A stretch of 64,000 nt of DNA from Candidatus Woesearchaeota archaeon (GCA_964573625.1 CAZNJU010000001.1:589879-653878); one strand, 5' to 3'. Positions 48,886 to 58,219 are shown, counted from the first letter of the stretch. Numbers and translations: made by a program. The notes: generated by a model from the sequence alone, not told the origin.

Positions 48886-49095
48886 TTACAAGTACGTCTT
48901 ATCCTTATCCAATAAGCCCTTTTCTTTGAGATGCTTAACTAACGCCTTCCTAATGACTTCCGCATCGGAATAAGAAGGATACTTCAGTCGCTTATGCTTC
49001 ACGCGTTTCATAACTGCTTCGTAGACCGAATCAGGTACTCGAACCGTGATGGTGTGCTTATAACGTCTTCCCATAACGGGAATTATCATCTCCAA
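48886..49095 (-). CDS. Ribbon-helix-helix (CopG-like) regulator
   Basis: TITVRVPDSVYEAV..SDAEVIRKAL pattern. Confidence 0.7.
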   Translation of the reverse strand: MEMIIPVMGRRYKHTITVRVPDSVYEAVMKRVKHKRLKYPSYSDAEVIRKALVKHLKEKGLLDKDKTYL

Positions 49096-49102
49096 GGTAT
49101 TA

Positions 49103-49158
49103 AAAGGTTTCGTTAGGCAATCTTGGTTTCCAGAGCGAATCCAAGCGAAACCTTTATA
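49103..49158. promoter_or_regulatory. Back-to-back BRE/TATA promoters forming a 10-bp inverted repeat
   Basis: AAAGGTTTCG (49103-49112) and CGAAACCTTT (49146-49155), each continuing into a TATA-like run on its own strand. Confidence 0.6.
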
Positions 49159-49309
49159 TACAATCTCTCCAGTTAAAAAAGTACTTATGGCGGCACAAAA
49201 GCCACACGTACAACCTCCAGATCTACGCGATACTCTTTCTTTATTCGGTTCTGTGTGTCAATATTCCTATATTGGATCAAGCGAATCATAAAAGAGGTGT
49301 TCCTATGGA

Positions 49310-49645
49310 ATGCCTAACAAAACACGAAATCCGTTGAAGAAAGAAGCGAAGAAGGAAGAATCCTTCCTTAGTCCTTTGCGTGAGCTTATAGAGATTTCTG
49401 GACCTATGACTTATAATGAAAGCGCGCAAGCTTGGAACATCATTCGCTTGAGAAAAGACATCTTGCACGAATTTCCAGAACTTAAGGACAAACAAGCTAG
49501 TTTTACCTATAGACTCACGATCCCTCGAACGTCTAAGGCTATGAAACGCCATTTTGAGGAAGCGACTAAATCAGAAGAGATTTTACCGATATTTCTCTCA
49601 TTTGCCAAAGTTACAAAGACTGATGAAAATATTCCTAAACAATAG
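49310..49645 (+). CDS. Hypothetical protein
   Basis: GAGGTG RBS upstream. Confidence 0.6.
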   Translation: MPNKTRNPLKKEAKKEESFLSPLRELIEISGPMTYNESAQAWNIIRLRKDILHEFPELKDKQASFTYRLTIPRTSKAMKRHFEEATKSEEILPIFLSFAKVTKTDENIPKQ

Positions 49646-49706
49646 GATTAATTGATTTATCTATCTAAGAAGTTAACTTTTTATAGATGGTTTAATTCAA
49701 TCAACC

Positions 49707-50186
49707 ATGAATATAGCCATGATTACTATTGCATTGATAATTTGGGCAATATGTATGATTTTAGTCTCAGCAATGACTTTTGGTGCAAGAAGATTCGGAA
49801 TAAAAGACAAATATCTCGGATTCGCTTGGGATATTTTCAAATACGTTACTGGCGCATTGTTTGGCTCGATAATAGGAGGCATAAATGGTTAATCAACAAG
49901 AGCTTTTATTCAATTATAGCTTGATTGTAATATTGATATCTATCGCCTTTACACTAACCGGATTTTTTGATTTTCCTAAATATTTTGTTAATCTGTTTAC
50001 AATAATATTTGTAATCTGGCTTGTTATAGCTTTGATTATATTATGGAGAGTTATAAGGTTTAGAAGATGACAAACAATATAATTACTGGAATTGGTGTAG
50101 CTGCGTTCGTAGGAGGAATAATATCAAGAAGAAAAGATATTGCCGGAATAGGCATTGCTATAATGATTCTAGGCGCATTCCTTTAA
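49707..50186 (+). CDS. Three overlapping tiny membrane-protein ORFs (49707-49892, 49885-50070, 50067-50186)
   Basis: Hydrophobic 39-61 aa ORFs with overlapping stop and start codons. Confidence 0.5.
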
Positions 50187-50197
50187 TTTCAATCCCC

Positions 50198-50569
50198 CTA
50201 CTTCACAAACTCAACACCAACCATCTTCTCAAACTGCCGATCACCTGTTAAAAACTTCAGATTATACTTAAGCGCAGTCACATACCCAATTGAGTCGGCA
50301 TATGATATCTTCAATTTCTTATTGCGATACCGAAAGCGAGAGGCTTCGATAGCGATCTCTTTACTTATTTCTATAAGGCTAAACGACAGTTGATTGAGAA
50401 ACGCCTCAGCCGTCTTTTCATTATGTAATTGCAGTAAATGATAGTACACTTCGGCAACATTCAACGTATTCGTGACGATCGCGTCTCCATCGTACCCTAA
50501 ATAATTCTGATTACCATTCAAAATCTCAATAATCGCATACGAATCAAAGAAATAACCAGAACTACTCAT
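50198..50569 (-). CDS. vapC: VapC-like PIN toxin
   Basis: FFDSYAIIE, LNVAEV, ISYADS, FLTGD..F. Confidence 0.88.
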   Translation of the reverse strand: MSSSGYFFDSYAIIEILNGNQNYLGYDGDAIVTNTLNVAEVYYHLLQLHNEKTAEAFLNQLSFSLIEISKEIAIEASRFRYRNKKLKISYADSIGYVTALKYNLKFLTGDRQFEKMVGVEFVK

Positions 50570-50810
50570 TGTCAGGCCAGAAGTCTCTGTCTATCTCGCG
50601 CATCACTTCTTCCGTAGACTTACGAGACTTACCAAGTTTCATCGACTGTGCAAACGCAAATACATCTCCTACCGTAGACACTTTACCTTTATTGACCATG
50701 AGTTCCACTTCAGAGCCTTCGCTCAGGTCTTGCTGCTCTACCACATGCTTAGGGAGAATAACTCCAAGTGAGTTTCCCCATCGTTTGACTCGAGCTATTA
50801 CTGGTTTCAT
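50562..50810 (-). CDS. vapB: AbrB/MazE-type antitoxin (VapB)
   Basis: VKRWGNSLGVILPK..EGSEVEL; overlaps vapC. Start refined. Confidence 0.88.
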   Translation of the reverse strand: MKPVIARVKRWGNSLGVILPKHVVEQQDLSEGSEVELMVNKGKVSTVGDVFAFAQSMKLGKSRKSTEEVMREIDRDFWPDNE

Positions 50811-50865
50811 ATAGTTATACTTGTATAACTTATATTTAAATGTTTCGACCTCGACTATTTCTACG

Positions 50866-52068
50866 TTAGGGAGAGACTGCATGTTCCTTAAGCTTACGAA
50901 CCAGAACTTCGTACACCTCCTTATCATTAATGAGCATATCGAGCATACTATTGATTCCTTTCGTTTCCGCTTCCTTGACTAATATCTCTTGCGCTGCCTC
51001 TTTGTGTAATACGAAGCCACAAACATTACAGAACTTGTTAGTTGTAGGATTAGACTGATGACAGCGTAAGCATGAAAGAGGCTTAAGCTTTGGTTCAATA
51101 ATCGTTTGTGCAGTCGCAATGTTATTCGCACGCAAGATTGCATCATCTGCATCTCTGCCCGACATGTGCACGTAAATGCCTGCCATCTTAGATCCCTGTG
51201 TCCACCCAAAGTAATGCTTCATAGCTGCTTCACTCATAATCTTAGCAAGATGTGTGGCTCTGCTATGTCTAAACAAGTGTGCATGCACATGTTTCTTAAT
51301 GCCTGCGCGTGATGCAGCCAGTTTAATCACATCTACCATACGAGTATAGGTCAAAAAACCGTTAGAGCTTTGCGGATTCCACCAGACCGGTGCTTCAGGA
51401 TCGAAATTCTTCGGATGCACATTAATCCATTGTTGTAAATACGGCGCACTATTAATCACTAATATCTTGCGCATACCGGTTTTACCATTGACAGTAAGGC
51501 GAGCACCATGTTGTTCAAACGAAATATGCTTAATACGCATGGTTCCAATCTCAGAAATCCTGCATCCCGATTCAGCAAGCGACGCAATCAAAGCCTTATT
51601 GCGGAAGGTATCGCACGCTTGTATCATTTGAAGTGATTCTTCTTCAGTTAGCAGCTCTTCAGGCAATTTTCGAGTGCTTTCATGCAGCGCAATAGAAATC
51701 CACTTGACTTCCAACGGATAAACGCCTTTATCAGTGATGCCTCGCATGTACCGATAGAGCTTACGAGTCATAACTTTGAAGCACTTCTTACTTTCAGGAG
51801 CTAAATCTGTCTGTTCAAGATCAGCAATAACGCGTCGTAAGTCCTTCTCAGTCGCATCTCCAAACGGCATGCCCAACATCTTGCTTAATTTTCGTACATC
51901 AAGCAAATACCGTCCAATCTTAGCGACACCAATCCCTTCACTTAGAAGATAATCCTTGAACGCGATAGCCGTTTCTTTATTAATGGGGCTCATATCTATA
52001 GAATTCTTAATGAGTGCAATCTGGCGATCCAGCTGCCCTTTGTAATCGTGTAAGTCTATCGTCATCAT
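50866..52068 (-). CDS. Tyrosine recombinase/integrase with a C-terminal zinc ribbon
   Basis: ESGCRISE, GKTG, HLFRHSR, FGW, IYVH; CLRC..CNVC. Start refined. Confidence 0.92.
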   Translation of the reverse strand: MMTIDLHDYKGQLDRQIALIKNSIDMSPINKETAIAFKDYLLSEGIGVAKIGRYLLDVRKLSKMLGMPFGDATEKDLRRVIADLEQTDLAPESKKCFKVMTRKLYRYMRGITDKGVYPLEVKWISIALHESTRKLPEELLTEEESLQMIQACDTFRNKALIASLAESGCRISEIGTMRIKHISFEQHGARLTVNGKTGMRKILVINSAPYLQQWINVHPKNFDPEAPVWWNPQSSNGFLTYTRMVDVIKLAASRAGIKKHVHAHLFRHSRATHLAKIMSEAAMKHYFGWTQGSKMAGIYVHMSGRDADDAILRANNIATAQTIIEPKLKPLSCLRCHQSNPTTNKFCNVCGFVLHKEAAQEILVKEAETKGINSMLDMLINDKEVYEVLVRKLKEHAVSP

Positions 52069-52140
52069 CGTGTCATGTGATAACGCATCCTCGGTGCTTT
52101 TTATAGCACGATCATCAGACGGGCGTGCAACCAACTCTAA

Positions 52141-52184
52141 ACGCCCGAACCGGGAATCGGACCCGGGTCTCCTGCGCGACAGCG
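52141..52184 (-). pseudogene. 3' half of a tRNA-Asp(GTC): att-site remnant
   Basis: Minus strand CTGTCGC-GCAGG-AGAC-CCGGG-TCCGATT-CCCGG-TTCGGGC-G. No matching 5' half seen; T-loop is degenerate. Confidence 0.8.
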
Positions 52185-52266
52185 CGATACCTCTTGAGGA
52201 ACCTAAGGGACTCGTTAAAAGCAGAGAATAGCAAACTGCTTTTTAAGAAAGCAGCCTTAGAGTCCG

Positions 52267-53418
52267 ATGAAAATAGATCCAAAGAAAAACAAAGAACGCT
52301 ACCTCGGGTGGCAGGAAAGCATCAAGCACGGCATTTCTGACATGAGTAAGGAGAACGCGGATATTCTGTTGCGTTACCTTGCAGACATGCAGTTAGGCGT
52401 TAATATTGCGTCGAAAAGCCCCAAAGGTGCACGAAGTTACGGGCGTTTAAACGATTTAAAAGATAAGATGCGCTTTTTCTCCAAACGATTCAAGGAGCAA
52501 TTAGGTCTTGATCACATTATCGATATTAACGAAGATCAGCTTATCCGTTTCTTCGCAGATATGCGAAACGGGGTATTCAAAAAAGCTGACGGTAGGCCCT
52601 ATACCGGAATAGATACCTTTGGACGCGTGTTCAAAGCGTTTTGGCACTGGCATATGAAATCCAATAAGAAAAAAGGTATTGACATCCCCGATATTACGAT
52701 AGATTTGGATACGCGTGGAGAAAAGCCCGATTGGGTCTATTTAACCGAAGAACAAGTCAAGCATCTGGCAGAGACTGCAAAATACAAGTATAAAGTCCTT
52801 ATTTTGTTCTTATTCGATTCAGGCATACGAGCACCTACGGAATTGGTAAACGTGCGTGTTTCCGATTTATACAATGACTGTAAAGAACTCAATATTCGGG
52901 AAGAATCCGCGAAAACGTTTGGAAGAAGAATAAAGCTTTTACTGTGTTCTGAACTGGTAAAACAATACATCAAAGATAATAATCTCAAGCCTGAAGACCA
53001 ACTCTTTCCGATCAATGCAACGGTTGCCAATAGACAACTCAAGCGATTTGCTAAGCGCATATTCAAAGACGAACCAAGTCCTGCGGGCCAGAGCTATTGG
53101 CAATTAAGCATGTATGATTTCAGGCACTGCTCGTGTTGTTATTGGTTACCTCGCTATAAGTCTGAAAGTGCATTAAAGTATCGCTTCGGCTGGAAAAAAT
53201 CGGACAAGATTCATTATTACTCGGAGTTGTTAGGTATGAAGGATACGATTTCAGAGGAAGATATGCTAATCGATACCACTAAAACTGATATTGAGAAGAG
53301 CCTCCAAAGAGCCGAAAATGAAAAAGCTCTTATGGAAGAAAAGATGCATGCAATGGAGTTACAAATGGCAACCGTTATGGAATTGGTTAAGCAGGTTGGA
53401 AGTTTGAAGAAAGAATAA
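52267..53418 (+). CDS. Second tyrosine recombinase-like integrase (divergent family)
   Basis: DSGIR, KTFG, YDFRH, FGW, HYY; C-terminal coiled coil. Confidence 0.82.
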   Translation: MKIDPKKNKERYLGWQESIKHGISDMSKENADILLRYLADMQLGVNIASKSPKGARSYGRLNDLKDKMRFFSKRFKEQLGLDHIIDINEDQLIRFFADMRNGVFKKADGRPYTGIDTFGRVFKAFWHWHMKSNKKKGIDIPDITIDLDTRGEKPDWVYLTEEQVKHLAETAKYKYKVLILFLFDSGIRAPTELVNVRVSDLYNDCKELNIREESAKTFGRRIKLLLCSELVKQYIKDNNLKPEDQLFPINATVANRQLKRFAKRIFKDEPSPAGQSYWQLSMYDFRHCSCCYWLPRYKSESALKYRFGWKKSDKIHYYSELLGMKDTISEEDMLIDTTKTDIEKSLQRAENEKALMEEKMHAMELQMATVMELVKQVGSLKKE

Positions 53419-53426
53419 ACTTGTCT

Positions 53427-54626
53427 CTATAAATTAATTTTAATAACGCTGGAGCGATTAAGATACGCACGAGTGCGTGGGAAAAAAGATCCGGATTTGA
53501 GATACAATGTCGTAATCTGTGACATGCGTGACTCGCTAAGGGATGGTTCTGCTTCATCACCTGCTTGTGCCAACGTAATTCCATCCATAATAACGCGACG
53601 TATGGGATCACGATAGCGCTCAGGTATAGCGCGTAAATCTCGTTCGAAACAATTCATCAAGTCATTATTCTCACATTCTACAACAGGGTTATCCTTTAAA
53701 GGCGCGGTAACTCTCTCAGATAATTGATAGTCGTTTCTTGAATGCCCATTGCGTTGCTTTCGATCTGCATCAAGACTTGCGATACTTCCACCGCGTATCC
53801 ACACATCACTATAGAAATGTTCAAAGGAATCAATCGGAAGTGCTCGTCGTTCCCACTCAGCATACAAATCTTCTTTAGAGGGAACAATTCCTTGAGATTC
53901 CTTGAACGTATGAGCAAATTTGGAAAATTCATCAAGACGCGTTCGATCTAAACGGGGTAAATGATCGCTTGCACGAATGCCATCTAATATGGCTCCGCGT
54001 ATACGGGGAGCGCAATACGTTTCAAATCGCACATTGCATGCAGGATCATATTTTTCTATCGCATCAAGCAGACCAACATTTCCTTCTCCTATCAAATCCT
54101 CCAAATCAACAAAATCAGGCAATTTAGTGTGCATTCGCTGAGCCACGTCACGTACGATTTTCTGTCCTTCAACCGCAAGTTTACTCCGATAGAGTTGATT
54201 ATGCGTTGTTGCATAGAGGTTTGCCAGATTAGTAAGTCCTTTAGCACCCGTCTCTGGAACACAAATATGAACATCCCCAACGTGAATGTACAAGTCAGGA
54301 ACACCTTCAATCGTATGTTCTTCAACGATTCTTCTTCCATCACGTTCAAGATTAAGTAATCCGTCAAAAGGCGCACCTACCTGCTCAGCAAGGAGATACG
54401 CTGAGACGAGAGGTGTTTGTTCAGGAGGTATATTTGACTGCCGCGATAGTAAATTGGCGACAAGCGCCCCTAAATATCCTTTTTTCTTATCTTGATGTGC
54501 TTGAAAAGAATCATCACGTAACGTCTGCATGAAGGTTCCGTTTAATCCTCGAGCTTTCAAGTCCGCTTCCGAAAGAATCGCGAGTAAGTCTTGCTCAGCT
54601 ATCTCACGATTTGGTCGTTCGCTCAT
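53427..54626 (-). CDS. Sigma-70 family (FliA/WhiG-like) protein with an N-terminal extension
   Basis: Region 2 DLEDLIGEGNVGLLDAIEKYDP..RFETYCAPRIRGAILD; region 4 GITLAQAG..LSESRMSQI. Start refined to MSERP. Confidence 0.85.
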   Translation of the reverse strand: MSERPNREIAEQDLLAILSEADLKARGLNGTFMQTLRDDSFQAHQDKKKGYLGALVANLLSRQSNIPPEQTPLVSAYLLAEQVGAPFDGLLNLERDGRRIVEEHTIEGVPDLYIHVGDVHICVPETGAKGLTNLANLYATTHNQLYRSKLAVEGQKIVRDVAQRMHTKLPDFVDLEDLIGEGNVGLLDAIEKYDPACNVRFETYCAPRIRGAILDGIRASDHLPRLDRTRLDEFSKFAHTFKESQGIVPSKEDLYAEWERRALPIDSFEHFYSDVWIRGGSIASLDADRKQRNGHSRNDYQLSERVTAPLKDNPVVECENNDLMNCFERDLRAIPERYRDPIRRVIMDGITLAQAGDEAEPSLSESRMSQITTLYLKSGSFFPRTRAYLNRSSVIKINL

Positions 54627-56638
54627 AAGCTTCTTTCCGTCCAACTTGATAGACTCTAATAAAATCACCAAACCTAAACCTCACAGGGGTTGATTTATTA
54701 TTAAGAGCAATATTCAATCCTCGTTGCTTGGCAAACCCTAACACTTTGGTGACTTCGTCAATTTTAATGCCGCTTGCTCGTGCAAGTTCAGGAATCGTAT
54801 AGGCTTGATTATATGCCTCAGTAAACGCTTGTTCAGGGTTAGCATCGGATCGCCGCATGTCTACTGCAGGAGAGCGTAACAAAGAATACACGCGATCAAT
54901 ACAGGTCTGTTCAACAACGTAAGCATGATGATCTGTTTTTTCTCCTGCTCGATACACAAACGGTTCAACTTTTTTCCCTACTTGATTAAGAATACCATGG
55001 AATCGTTCCATTACTGTCGTAAGATTAGCAGCTCCACGGGATGAACCATTGGCTTCAGCGAGTTTGTCATGAACCACTTCATAAAGTGTGGTGAATCCAT
55101 GCATCATTTTCTGTGCTTCCAAAAAGTCCTTCCCCAGCACTCCTTCCTCTTGTACATGGAATGCACTTCCTTCAGCCAAATACCGAATAGCACCAAGACC
55201 TTTCTCTGATAAACGTCCGAGATCAGTAAGTTGATACATCACCATCGGATGAATCTCACTTTTCAACGTTTCTCGCTCAGAAGTTGCTTGTAATTGTTCC
55301 CAGAGCTCTCCGCGTCGTTTAAGGAAATCTTGCAACGGGCTTTTTCCGCGCTCAGTATCTTCGAGTGCGAGTGCATCGATAACTGCTCCAATGACGGCTT
55401 GTTCATATCGCGGAACGGTAGTTACGGATGTAGGAACTAACGAAGGATGCTTATTATTGAGATAAATTGCATTTGTATCAGGATAGTGTCTGCCAGGAAT
55501 GATGGCATCAATATCATCTGAAAATTCTACTGATGTATTCTTATCAATACCCTCGACTTTGGCGCGTACTAATTGTGAGAGTGCTTTTTGTGTAATACGA
55601 TTGCGCTGTCCTTGTACTTTGGTAACCATAGAACGCTCGCTCGTATCGCGAGTATATTGTTCAACGACTCCGACGGCCTTTGCAAGAGTCTTTCCGAGTT
55701 CTACAACGCCCGGATGATCTTCTCTAAAGCGTCCACGATCAAAGAGAATTGCTTCCTCGAGACTGTCTGCATGGACAATGCCAATAATGCGGTCTCGCAT
55801 CGATAATCGATCTTGTCTCAAGAACGTTTTAGGATCTCCAATCTTGCGACCATTGACATACACATGTACTCCCGTCATGAGTGCTTTTTTGTTAGTTAAA
55901 TATAAATTACCTCTAATAGAACCCATGTGTTTGCCTTCGGTATCCAGTTTGAAGATGGTGGCACTTTCAATTTGTTTGGATTGTACTGCTTCTCCATTAA
56001 CGTAGACTTTGAAATCAGGAAGCAACGGAAGATCCCATTGAATACGGCGTTTTAATTCAGCAAGCGAGAAATTATCTCCTTCAGCAAATTTAAGGCCCTT
56101 AAGTAATAAACTGGTTCCATGCGCGTTGGGATCGGTTGAAACTTCTCTTCCCATAATAGGCTTATCAGAAGATACGCGCTCTTCAAGCTGTTCATGAATA
56201 ATGGTTTTTCTACCCTCTTGCTCAGTCGTTAACTTATAGCCGTTACATAACGAACGTAAAAGAATCGTTGCAACTCCAAACTTTCCAATGCGCATTCGTC
56301 CCGCCGCGCTAATCGGTTCTTTGATTTTAGGGCTGTCGCCTAATCGATAAAATGATTCAAGACCTTTTTCGGCCGTCATGCCTGAACCATTATCTTTGAG
56401 CCGCAGTGCATCCAATTCAGGACGGTAGTCGATATCAACGCGTGTTGCATCAGCATCGTACGCATTTGCGATTAATTCTTCTAATGCAGGAATAGTACCC
56501 GTTACAACGAGATTGGCAATAAGATCAGGAGCATTGCTTCCGAGATTACGCGTAAATGTTACGTCCCTTTCGCGAGGGGGGGGGGGCGATCAGGGTTTTT
56601 GAATTACTTTGAGCCGCGGAAACCGTAGATTTTGCCAT
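54604..56638 (-). CDS. GHKL (MORC/HATPase_c_3-like) ATPase, frameshifted at a C11 tract near its 5' end
   Basis: ELIANAYDADA, DNGSGM and GKFGVA lie in one frame; the ATG at 56638 joins it only with C10 or C13 (677 aa with C10). Confidence 0.82.
56576..56586 (+). repeat. G11 homopolymer (candidate phase-variation tract)
   Basis: Direct read; lies after codon 17 of the GHKL gene. Confidence 0.9.
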
Positions 56639-56910
56639 GCTAAAAGGTCTTCTTAATGGTTTTTAAGCATTTCTACAATGCTTCTTCTAAACTTTATTCT
56701 TAGTGCGTTGCTCTCACAACTATAATAATTCCAGATAATAGGAAAGCAATGATTGTAACGATATAGATCGAGGGATCGTTAAATCCAGCGAATAGGTTAA
56801 TCAATCCCGTAATTAAACTTACAAAAAAGACAATCCACAGAAGAACATCTAATTTTTTCATGGACACTTAAGAAAGAGTAACTTTATAAATTTCGCCTCT
56901 CTCGAATTAT

Positions 56911-57408
56911 ATGCCTCTCCTGCAACCTCGGAAGATACGCGGTTCGATGGATGATGGGTATTACACTCCTAATGATACGACTGATGCTTTTGCAACAACT
57001 GTGTATCGAGATATTGTTAGCGGACTACCTTTTACGTTTAGGGAAGAGATACGTGATGGAGTGCTTCTAACGAGAACTAAATTTGGTGTTTCAGCAGATA
57101 CGAGTCTTGAATTTTGGATGACGACTTCAGATCGTCGAGAGCAGTTCCCGCTATTTGGAGATGTATGTTTTCACCAGCCTAAATCAGCTATGGATGGGCA
57201 TGCATATCCGTACACGTTTTCAAAAGGCGAACGTTTCGCAGAAATGCTTAGATTAAAAGAACCGCCGTTCTATAGAATTGCTCATTTTACAGATACGCCT
57301 CTTGTCATTACTTCAGAAGCTTCCGATACTGTTCCTCTCGTTATACCCCAACCGCAATCAATGGTTAGATTACATCAGAAATTAAAAGCCCGCGGCGTCA
57401 TGCAATAA
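56911..57408 (+). CDS. Hypothetical protein
   Basis: 165-aa ORF with an upstream TTTATAAA. Confidence 0.6.
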   Translation: MPLLQPRKIRGSMDDGYYTPNDTTDAFATTVYRDIVSGLPFTFREEIRDGVLLTRTKFGVSADTSLEFWMTTSDRREQFPLFGDVCFHQPKSAMDGHAYPYTFSKGERFAEMLRLKEPPFYRIAHFTDTPLVITSEASDTVPLVIPQPQSMVRLHQKLKARGVMQ

Positions 57409-57481
57409 TTGCCAATTTAGTTACTACTCTTAAGATACAATGTATCGAAAAGCTTAAATACCTATTATTTGTAGAGAAAAT

Positions 57482-58219
57482 ATGGCCTTAAACCTCAATG
57501 ATCAGGCAGTACGATTGCCGTATGAAGAATTCTACGGAGAAGTACGAGCACAAATGCCAAAGCTCTTGGCGGACAAGCGTATGCCTCTTTCGGTAGCCGG
57601 TCTTATGGAACGACGCCTCAATTCTACTCAAACCGCTGAATGGAGAGATAATTATTTTGGCATGGGCGATGCCATTGCGTACAAAGGAGATGCTTTCAAA
57701 GTTGTTGCTGATGCACCTCTCTTGAGAGAACTAACTGCAAACACTCGGTTGAAAGCAGGCGCGGTACTGCTTGCCGATGGATTATATGAAACATTTGACG
57801 GCACTGAATTCTCACGTAAGGATTTGTCTAAAGTAATGGGTCGAGATTTGACTGCTGCCGATGCTAAGAAACATCCCGTCTGGCAAGCGCTTGCTCGCGG
57901 TGATCAAGGATTACTTGATGCTTATACGGATATGACGTTTGCTGATACAAAAGCTCGTTTTGGTTACACTGAAAACATGGGTGTTTATCTCGATGACTCG
58001 AAAGAACCACATGCACGGGCTTGGTTTGTCGGCAGGGCGTACTACAGGTCGCAGGCCAGTGGCGACTGTGATCTTGACTACAGGAGCGGTCGCTTGGTCG
58101 GGGTAGCGCCGGAGGCGCTCAGTGCGCCGGGTAAGGCTATTGTAATGCCTTCCCTTGAAACTGCATTGACTGTTGTGAACCAACATATAGGAAACAAATT
58201 GAAATTGCAACAGCAATAA
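57482..58219 (+). CDS. DGR target (variable) protein, probably CLec-fold
   Basis: Contains the VR (RAWFVGRAYYRSQASGDCDLDYRSGRLVGV) followed by 37 more codons. The fold is inferred from other DGR targets. Confidence 0.9.
   Translation: MALNLNDQAVRLPYEEFYGEVRAQMPKLLADKRMPLSVAGLMERRLNSTQTAEWRDNYFGMGDAIAYKGDAFKVVADAPLLRELTANTRLKAGAVLLADGLYETFDGTEFSRKDLSKVMGRDLTAADAKKHPVWQALARGDQGLLDAYTDMTFADTKARFGYTENMGVYLDDSKEPHARAWFVGRAYYRSQASGDCDLDYRSGRLVGVAPEALSAPGKAIVMPSLETALTVVNQHIGNKLKLQQQ
58017..58107 (+). repeat. DGR variable region (VR)
   Basis: Matches 58943-59032 except 13 substitutions, all at TR adenines, and one 1-nt indel. Confidence 0.95.
58105..58119 (+). promoter_or_regulatory. DGR target-recognition hairpin AGCGCC-GGA-GGCGCT
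   Basis: Perfect 6-bp stem with a GRA loop immediately after the VR. Confidence 0.8.

Larger units (their letters stand above)
25921..52153. mobile_element. Putative integrative (ICE-like) element of ~26.2 kb inserted at a tRNA-Asp 3' end
   Basis: Direct repeat ACGCCCGAACCGG at 25921-25933 and 52141-52153. Integrase lies just inside the right repeat, the pilin/VirB4 module just inside the left; VapBC is present. Confidence 0.7.

Noticed and set aside
39710-49000. Integron-like cassette array among the many short singleton genes
   Set aside because: I found no recurring attC-like intergenic repeat by eye; the genes simply have individual TATA boxes.
52141-52270. An intact or intron-containing tRNA-Asp at the integrase junction
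   Set aside because: No 5' half (GCCCGAA acceptor, CCTGC stem, D arm) was seen upstream on the minus strand, and the T loop is degenerate.
52125-52340. 71-aa ORF across the tRNA remnant
   Set aside because: It overlaps the att region and the integrase start; the region is better explained as non-coding.
21982-56638. RsbU + GHKL + sigma as one partner-switching circuit
   Set aside because: The genes are over 30 kb apart, no STAS protein is seen, and the GHKL protein is a long MORC-like type rather than a short RsbW kinase.
56911-57408. ORF upstream of the DGR target as Avd
   Set aside because: Its Pro/Thr/aromatic-rich sequence does not resemble the basic four-helix Avd bundle.
57911-58216. 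Antisense ORF over the VR
   Set aside because: Shadow of the DGR target gene.
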